DNA of 24,012 nucleotides from Candidatus Bathyarchaeia archaeon (GTDB taxonomy: Archaea; Thermoproteota; Bathyarchaeia; Bathyarchaeales; Bathycorpusculaceae): contig JBEKBM010000032.1 of the NCBI GenBank assembly GCA_050015395.1, forward strand, positions 1-24,012. Reading direction: 5' to 3'. The notes under the pieces are model-generated. The model searched no databases, was not told the DNA's origin, and saw only the letters and a list, made by a program, of their open reading frames with translations. Position 1 is the stretch's first letter; the number at the start of each line of letters is the position of its first letter. Below are positions 17,728 through 24,012 of the stretch, in pieces. Both the position numbers and the translations under genes were made by a program.

Positions 17728-17845
17728 ATTTATCCCTCTTTCTATTCTTTACCTTTATTTTAACTCACCTTAGTGTCGCATTTAAATATTTGTACCTTGG
17801 GACCCACCAGCGTATGCACGCCAATAACGAGGCCTCCTCGCTATC

Positions 17846-18025
17846 TTAATACACGTTATCTTCTAGTTTGATGCCTTGCAAGTCAAATACCACATCCCTA
17901 TCGTACCTTTCCTTTAGTTCTCTAAATAAGGATTCCAAGGTGCTGGCCACATGAGGGGTTACCAAAATGCGTTCACGATTTAACATCGGGCGGTTCAGTG
18001 CCGTGGGTTTATCTTTTACTGTTCC
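17846..18025 (-). pseudogene. Eroded C-terminus of a D-2-hydroxyacid dehydrogenase
   Basis: GTVKDKPTALNRPMLNRERILVTPHVASTLESLFRELKERYDRDVVFDLQGIKLEDNVY* resembles DV...EP....PLL....VILTPHVA....E...L......V...L.G.....VN, including the catalytic TPH. Confidence 0.5.
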
Positions 18026-18192
18026 AACCTAATAGCACGCGCTGACTGATTAGAAGGAAAGACAAAAACTTGGAAATTTGTAATTGATTGATGAAATAAA
18101 GAACATTGGCGTTCCATAATGAAAAGCAACTTTGTCACGATGGCTGCAGTTTCAGCGATAATTGACGACTTTTAAAATAAAAAAAAGGAAGT

Positions 18193-20178
18193 TTATTTAT
18201 TCGGTGTCAAAGTTGACTTAGTTTTCGCCCGCGTGCGCCTTCGTACTACAACAAACCAAACGGCTACTACAATAACGATGAGGGCAACGATGCCAATGAC
18301 TGCAATAGTTGTCACGTTAGATGTTGGAGAAGGTGTCGATGTAATTGGTGTAGTTACGGCTACCACATTCATCAAAGTGGGATACATATTATTACAGAAA
18401 TAATCATTGGAGCCCGGAACTTGATTACTCGATGATGGCCAATTAGTCCAATATCTTAGACTATACATAGTAGGCGGGTACGGCACAGCAAGAACTGGAA
18501 CAATCGGTAAGTCATTGATTAAGATTTGTTGTGCTTCAGATGCAAGACGTTCTTCCACAGGTAGTGCTGAGGGAGCACTCGGATTAAAGTATAGTGCAAG
18601 CTGATTTACTATGTCGTTTATCTGTGTGTTGTTGTAGAACATACCTTCTCCAGCTATTCCATTAAACATCAGTATCCATGAATAGGCGTTGATATCGTAT
18701 TCTCCTAGGAACTCGTAATACGTATCTGTAAGTGACATAGATCTTTGCATGAAGTACATGTCATATCCTTTTCCACTTTGAAGGGTGGATATGACAGTAG
18801 TTTCTGGTAGAACTGAAGTAGTTACCGTTATACCTAGGGCAGCGCAGTAAGTTGCAATGAGGGACTGTTCAGCCATCCAGTCGGTATATCCGCTAACAGT
18901 ATTGGAAGTGAGTGTTACTGGTTGTCCGTTTGGTGCAGTTAGTACTCCCTTGTTAAGCGTGAAACCCGCATCAGTTAAGATTTGTTTAGCTTCGGTAACA
19001 TTATATGAGAAGGTTTGAGTTGCCAGAAGGGTATTGTTTCTAAGGTAAGACAGCGGACTACCTGATGGAATCAACGAGACATCGTATATTGGCTCTCCAG
19101 TATTGAATTCCGCTTTAGTGTTCAAAGTGGTACGGTCAATGGCGTAACCTATTGCCAATCTTATTGCATACGCGGCTGCGCTTCCAAATCTAGCGTTCAT
19201 GTCGGGTATGTTGAATCCTATGCCATCGAGCAGACAGTAATTAGGCTGGAAATAGGGAGGAACAGTAAGATAGGTCGCTAAATGGTACTTTGATTCCAGC
19301 TGCGGTATTTGGGGAACCACCGGGCTAGACCAGTCTACGCTTCCTGTCTCTAGCCCAGATAAGGCAGCGCTATTTGAGTCTGATACAACGAACACAAAGT
19401 ATTTTGGTGTAGGTAACTTGCCGAAGTATTGTGGTAGTGCACCCCACCATTGATCCCAGAGTGTCTTAATACATTCTGTGTTATCCGCGTACTCGTATTT
19501 GTATGGGCCTGTGCCTATAGGATTCAGCCACAAGAAGGTTCCTGCTGCGAGAGAGCCGTTTAGGTAAGCTGGCATAAAGATGTGCTCGGGCAACATTACG
19601 CTATACCCTACGGCCAGTTCCATATATAAATCTAAAAACTGGTCATTGGGGTTAGTTTGGTTGAAGTTAAAGAGTACTGTTGTAGCAGTAGGAGTTGTAA
19701 TGGATACAAGACTGTCAGAAGTCCATGCTGAGTCAATGTATGCATACGTAGATCCCAAGATGTTGTTTTGAGGCAGAAAGCCGTATGTGAATTGCACGTC
19801 GCTAGAGTTGAATGGTACGCCATCTTGCCAATAGACATCTGTTTTCAAGTTAATTTCAATTGTATATTGGTTTACAATTACAGGAGCACCATTTGCGAGC
19901 CAAGGCTCAAGCGTATTATTTACAGTATTAAGTATGTACAATGGTTCTAGTATCCCAGCACCCCAAGCGCGGGTGTCACTTGAAGGTAAAAGCGGGTTAA
20001 ATTCAGGGTTCGGAGGACTTGGAGCAGATTCCTCAGTTTCTACTATGGCTTCATTACGGGGGAATGTCTGTGCATTAACTGTAGTGAACTTTATAGTTGT
20101 CGCACCTAAACTTGACACAAGTAGAATTATAGCAAATATCATCACTAGTGCTTTCCTTTTGAAATTTTTGATTGTCAT
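18193..20178 (-). CDS. Family-5 ABC substrate-binding protein, oligosaccharide-binding (TmCBP-like) type, with C-terminal anchor
   Basis: EPWLA, WQDGVPFNSSDVQFT, PIGTGPY; GYTDWM, PPYF and YWTNWPS motifs typical of sugar-binding DppA-like proteins; signal peptide VNA|Q; Thr/Ser/Pro linker, TM helix and RRR tail. Confidence 0.9.
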   Translation of the reverse strand: MTIKNFKRKALVMIFAIILLVSSLGATTIKFTTVNAQTFPRNEAIVETEESAPSPPNPEFNPLLPSSDTRAWGAGILEPLYILNTVNNTLEPWLANGAPVIVNQYTIEINLKTDVYWQDGVPFNSSDVQFTYGFLPQNNILGSTYAYIDSAWTSDSLVSITTPTATTVLFNFNQTNPNDQFLDLYMELAVGYSVMLPEHIFMPAYLNGSLAAGTFLWLNPIGTGPYKYEYADNTECIKTLWDQWWGALPQYFGKLPTPKYFVFVVSDSNSAALSGLETGSVDWSSPVVPQIPQLESKYHLATYLTVPPYFQPNYCLLDGIGFNIPDMNARFGSAAAYAIRLAIGYAIDRTTLNTKAEFNTGEPIYDVSLIPSGSPLSYLRNNTLLATQTFSYNVTEAKQILTDAGFTLNKGVLTAPNGQPVTLTSNTVSGYTDWMAEQSLIATYCAALGITVTTSVLPETTVISTLQSGKGYDMYFMQRSMSLTDTYYEFLGEYDINAYSWILMFNGIAGEGMFYNNTQINDIVNQLALYFNPSAPSALPVEERLASEAQQILINDLPIVPVLAVPYPPTMYSLRYWTNWPSSSNQVPGSNDYFCNNMYPTLMNVVAVTTPITSTPSPTSNVTTIAVIGIVALIVIVVAVWFVVVRRRTRAKTKSTLTPNK

Positions 20179-20724
20179 TTCCTTTTTCCTTCGATAACCG
20201 AGATACTAAGTATGTTGTATTTAAGCTTAATCTGTCCTCAACTTTCCTCAGAAAATTACCGCTAATCCGGTTGTTTTACGATTTAACCTCATTCAAGATA
20301 TAGTTACACGCTTCCTCAAATAAATACACTATCATCTTTTCACCTTTCGGCAGAAAAAGCGAAGAATTAGAAATGTAAGACGCGACGAATAACGATATCA
20401 AAACCAGTAGATTAAAAAGTTGGGTAAATCTTGAACTGGCTGCTATGAACTGCAAAAGCACTCCTAAAGAAGAAGCAAAAAATGTTGTCATAGTCGGATA
20501 TTTTAATGATGACCATTTTAAGCATGGATCTTCACTAGCTGTCTAGATGGATACTTCATAACCGAAAGTCTATAAGCACTATTCTTATGAAACCAAATTG
20601 TCATACAACGAGACTTTGAATCTTAAAGAACCTTTCCTTCTTAGCTTCATAGCAGTTTAAGACTTCAAAAGTGTAACCTCGAATTGAGTATAAGTCGTGT
20701 GAAATCCTCTTAGTTTACATTGAT

Positions 20725-21861
20725 CTATTTATTTTTTCTAGCTTCTTTAAGGATACCATATAACACTTGCATGTCTCTTTTGCCTTCACTTCCCGATGTT
20801 CTTGGTTCGATGTCTTTCTCGATGCAGTTGAGAAAGTGAATGTGTTCTTGCTTGAACGATTCGCGGTACGAGGATGTGACGATGCTTTTTTCAAAGCCGC
20901 CGTTCTTCATTCTTGTTCTTGTAACAATTGTAGGTTCATTTTTGATCCAGGGATATGGAAATCTTACAGATATCGTCTCTTTGTTGCCGTACGCTACCAG
21001 TTCTTCATCAAACCAGGTTCTTTGGGTTCCTCCTACTTCAAAAGTGCATTTAGCCTTGCCATAATCCAGCATAGCTAGAATCTTGGTCGTATAAGAAGTC
21101 TCCATCTCTGACTCGGAGGGAACACCAGGAATAATCGAAGCAGCAAGAACTTCCTTTGGTTCACCAAAGGCCCCTCTTAGTACAGTCATATCGTGAGAGC
21201 CTAGACCTAAGAGACTAATCATCCAAGCGTTCATTTCTTCTTTAGAGTACTCCCCCAACTGTTGTGTCAACAGTTCTTCCATCCTCTTTTTGCTTTCTTC
21301 CCGTTTTTCAAGCGGTATTGGATGTCGTTTCGTCATTTCGTCAAGAACTGCAGAAATACTATCTCTCGATTTTGATCCATAAAAGTTGGGAAAATCGTGG
21401 GCTCTAATTAGAACCACATCATCTTGCACTTCTTTCATCATAGCAGCTCCAGCTTCATATCCAGGATCGTACCTCTTCATATAGGCTACCATGAGTTTCC
21501 GATCAGCTTTTTTAGCAGCTGCAATCATCTCATCAGCGGCTTTGATGCTTAAGGTCATAGGTTTTTCTACTAAAACATGGCAACCCGCTTCTGACGCGTC
21601 AATGCTGACTTGGTTGTGGTGTTCAGTTGAAGAACATACGACAACTGCGTCGAGGCTTTCTTTTCGCAGCATTTCTGCGTGATCCGTGTACGTTCTCGGA
21701 ACAGAAAATGCCTTCCCAACGGTTTTCACTAAGCCCGGAATAGCATCGCATATAGCAGCTAGCTCGTACTTTTCGATCTCTTTAATGTAAGGGATATGCA
21801 TAATCTGCGCTATCAAACCAGATCCAACAATGCCAACTCTAATCTTCAAATAATTATACAC
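20725..21861 (-). CDS. Gfo/Idh/MocA family oxidoreductase (second, divergent subgroup)
   Basis: VGIVGSGLIAQIMH, VLVEKPM, VAYMKRYDP, LGSHD. Confidence 0.93.
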   Translation of the reverse strand: MYNYLKIRVGIVGSGLIAQIMHIPYIKEIEKYELAAICDAIPGLVKTVGKAFSVPRTYTDHAEMLRKESLDAVVVCSSTEHHNQVSIDASEAGCHVLVEKPMTLSIKAADEMIAAAKKADRKLMVAYMKRYDPGYEAGAAMMKEVQDDVVLIRAHDFPNFYGSKSRDSISAVLDEMTKRHPIPLEKREESKKRMEELLTQQLGEYSKEEMNAWMISLLGLGSHDMTVLRGAFGEPKEVLAASIIPGVPSESEMETSYTTKILAMLDYGKAKCTFEVGGTQRTWFDEELVAYGNKETISVRFPYPWIKNEPTIVTRTRMKNGGFEKSIVTSSYRESFKQEHIHFLNCIEKDIEPRTSGSEGKRDMQVLYGILKEARKNK

Positions 21862-21942
21862 CTCTATGTTACAATAACTAAATTATATAATTAAAAAGTT
21901 TTTCGAATGAAAGAAAGTATATTGCAACAAAGTTTTTCCCGT

Positions 21943-23157
21943 CTATTCGAAGAACTTTTGTATCGGGGTGTACGGAATATCGAATCCAAAGTGCCTTGGG
22001 TTATAGATTTTAAGTCCTCTTTCTGTCCGCCAAATGTCTGCGCATTTTAGACCTATAACGGTGACTTCTCTTCCTGTTTGGAAATCTTGTTGGTAAAAGT
22101 TTGATAATCCCTGTCCTGTCTTCGAGTCAACTATGTTAATTGGGTCTGGACAAGTGACGTATGGTTCACTGTCGAGCCAAGAGATTTGATTTTCATTTTT
22201 GAACCAAATCTCAAATGTATGGTCGGCAAATTGGCCGACTCCATCAAGCCTAGTTTCTCCCCAAGCGAAAGCGTACTTATCTTCCCGAATAAATGACACA
22301 ATTTTGCCTTCGAAGAGTTTATATCCGCCAGTTACGTGTAGTATGGCTTCTATAGTGTCTTTCCCTATTTCTCTGGCCTCTCTAACTGCTCTGCCAATTG
22401 CAATAGCCTTAGAGACTGTGCCATGGATAACTGATTCCTTCAAAATGCTTCCCTCTATTGACATTAGTCCGCTTGCCTCTCCTCCCGATATAGCGGCTAC
22501 GAATCTGTTTATGTCTTCGAATCTTTGCCAGCTGAGAACCTTCTCGTAGATTAACATGTCTCCCCAAACGGTTGCTAATACGGCGGGAACTATTGTTACA
22601 TTCATAACGTTTAATGATGTGAGAGAAAGCTCGGGTACTGCACGATATCCTGCGGTGTCGCAGTCAACTACAGGCTTGCCCTTGCGGGCTGCATTAAGAA
22701 GTTGACCCCAAATGTTTGGGCCTATCTCACTGGGACAATACGCAAATGGTTTTTCGCCAATTAGCTCAACAAGTTTCTTTTCAGTAGTGTTTTCCCATTC
22801 TCCATCTGGGATTTCAGACCAGCTATTCAGCAAGAACTTTTTTTCTTTTATCTGGTATTTAATGAATTTCAAAGGGTCGAATCCATTGATAAAGAGATCC
22901 GCATAGCTTGGGTAGGCCATGTATTTATTCTTCAGTTCTCTTTCTATACCTCCACCTGCGCCTATGCCATAAAATACGCATGAATCATTGGGAATGTCTT
23001 GTATGTTTACCAACTTGCACTCAAGTTTTTTCTCGAAGACGTGTGAAACTGTTGCATTGAACCGCTCAATTGACGGAGCTATTCCCCCTCCACCCGTTGC
23101 CAAAATTGATCCACCAATGACGGAATCCCACAAGTCCTGCTTAGTTAAAATTTTCAT
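21943..23157 (-). CDS. DUF917 family protein
   Basis: GSILATGGGG, PSEIG, PVVDCDTAGYRAVPEL, LFEGKI, FKNEN, TCPDPINIVD..TG, PRHFG. Confidence 0.88.
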   Translation of the reverse strand: MKILTKQDLWDSVIGGSILATGGGGIAPSIERFNATVSHVFEKKLECKLVNIQDIPNDSCVFYGIGAGGGIERELKNKYMAYPSYADLFINGFDPLKFIKYQIKEKKFLLNSWSEIPDGEWENTTEKKLVELIGEKPFAYCPSEIGPNIWGQLLNAARKGKPVVDCDTAGYRAVPELSLTSLNVMNVTIVPAVLATVWGDMLIYEKVLSWQRFEDINRFVAAISGGEASGLMSIEGSILKESVIHGTVSKAIAIGRAVREAREIGKDTIEAILHVTGGYKLFEGKIVSFIREDKYAFAWGETRLDGVGQFADHTFEIWFKNENQISWLDSEPYVTCPDPINIVDSKTGQGLSNFYQQDFQTGREVTVIGLKCADIWRTERGLKIYNPRHFGFDIPYTPIQKFFE

Positions 23158-23414
23158 TATTACTTACCACTTCCTTGTTTGTCTCAAACTTGGCAAGAAA
23201 TCTCTTTTTAAACGTTGCTAGTAAATTCTTCTCAGCGCGCGCGGGCTGAATTTCGGGTCAAGCGCTTGGACGATATATTGGGGAATGCGCAAAAAGTAGG
23301 ATTCGAGGTGCCTGCATGGTGTTCAATTGTGTGGGTGGTCATAGTTTCAGTGTTCTCTTTGTTTCTTTTAGAGTGAGATTATGTCTTTTGTTAGCGTGCG
23401 CTGTATTTTTGGGC

Positions 23415-23677
23415 TCATTTAACGGTGAATCCCGTCAGTATGGTTCTGAGTTTGACGGCTTCTTCTGTGGCATTTCTCCACTCGATGGAGTCTCCCCATA
23501 TCTCGTGTTTTTCTGTGGAGGTGCCTTCAGTTTTTATTTTTTCTTCGAGTTAAGTAAGTGCCATTTTGTATTTTTTGGAAGCGTTTTTCTATGCCTTCAA
23601 AGAGGGCTAGTTCTTTGAGCAGGTGGGAACGTAATTCTTTGGCGGTTTTTGTCTTCAATGATGATTGTTTTTTTCAT
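23415..23677 (-). pseudogene. Small antitoxin-like gene with two frameshifts and one in-frame stop
   Basis: Reconstructed as MKKTIIIEDK/TAKELRSHLLKELALFEGIEKRFQK/YKMALT*LEEKIKTEGTSTEKHEIWGDSIEWRNATEEAVKLRTIL. This resembles the F.KKY.M...F...W.D.IEW small proteins found beside toxin-like genes. Confidence 0.6.
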
Positions 23678-23751
23678 GGCAACTTACATCTTACAAGACG
23701 ACTCTTAATACAATTAATAAGAAAAAAGGAAATGGAGAATTAAAGAATACT

Positions 23752-24012
23752 TCAAGTCTTCATAAGTGCTTCAAAGAATTTTGCGCCTCTTTCAACGGCT
23801 TTATTGAGGCATTCCTCGCCGAATTCTTTAGTAGCTTCAGTTGCCTTACCTACACACCCAGATTTCGAAAGATCATCTATTGTCCTAACAGCTGCCATGT
23901 AAACCCGAAACTCCTCCTCCGACATTCCATCCTTCACAAATGGAGGCAACTCATCCACCGCTTTGCTCATGTTCACTAAGTCGGGGGCAACAGCCAACAT
24001 CCATGCTGTCTC
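23752..24012 (-). CDS. Creatininase/creatinine amidohydrolase family protein, C-terminal part (starts beyond the window)
   Basis: ETAWMLAVAPDLVNMSKA...SKSGCVGKATEATKEFGE matches the family tail ETS.ML...P.LV....A...SG..G....AT.E.G. Confidence 0.85.
   Translation of the reverse strand, partial: ETAWMLAVAPDLVNMSKAVDELPPFVKDGMSEEEFRVYMAAVRTIDDLSKSGCVGKATEATKEFGEECLNKAVERGAKFFEALMKT

Noticed and set aside
20200-20720. 71-aa ORF and short SD-led frames in the gap upstream of the binding protein
   Set aside because: No motif recognised. It may be eroded gene debris, but this is unsupported.
1-24012. CRISPR array, full tRNA/rRNA genes, or Sec/Pyl stop-codon recoding
   Set aside because: No regularly spaced repeats or complete cloverleaf were seen. 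In-frame stops occur only in frames that also carry frameshifts, which indicates decay.

Overview
Archaeal DNA, most likely Bathyarchaeia. This is inferred from BRE/TATA promoters, U-tract terminators, TrmB and HTH_10 regulators, and a PQQ-propeller protein and a substrate-binding protein with C-terminal membrane anchors. The left part (1-10.6 kb) is a plasticity zone. It holds an ABC-2 exporter with a divergent HTH_10 regulator, and a TrmB regulator divergent from a large secreted double beta-propeller protein; each pair has a palindromic candidate operator. It also holds a VapBC pair, a dead IS transposase, an M19 dipeptidase and much debris that the ORF track misses: three tRNA 3'-end scars, N- and C-terminal fragments of a tyrosine integrase, a 139-bp second copy of the HTH_10 gene's 3' end, and an hsdR fragment. 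The right part (10.6-24 kb) is a catabolic locus. It encodes a DppBCDF-type ABC importer with an oligosaccharide-type family-5 binding protein, two Gfo/Idh/MocA oxidoreductases, two IolE/xylose-isomerase-like TIM barrels, a DUF917 protein and a creatininase-family amidohydrolase, but no glycoside hydrolase. The best candidate for an undescribed system is an archaeal redox/elimination route for glycoside or cyclitol catabolism, possibly acting on an N-containing substrate. All family assignments come from recognising motifs by eye; no database searches were run.
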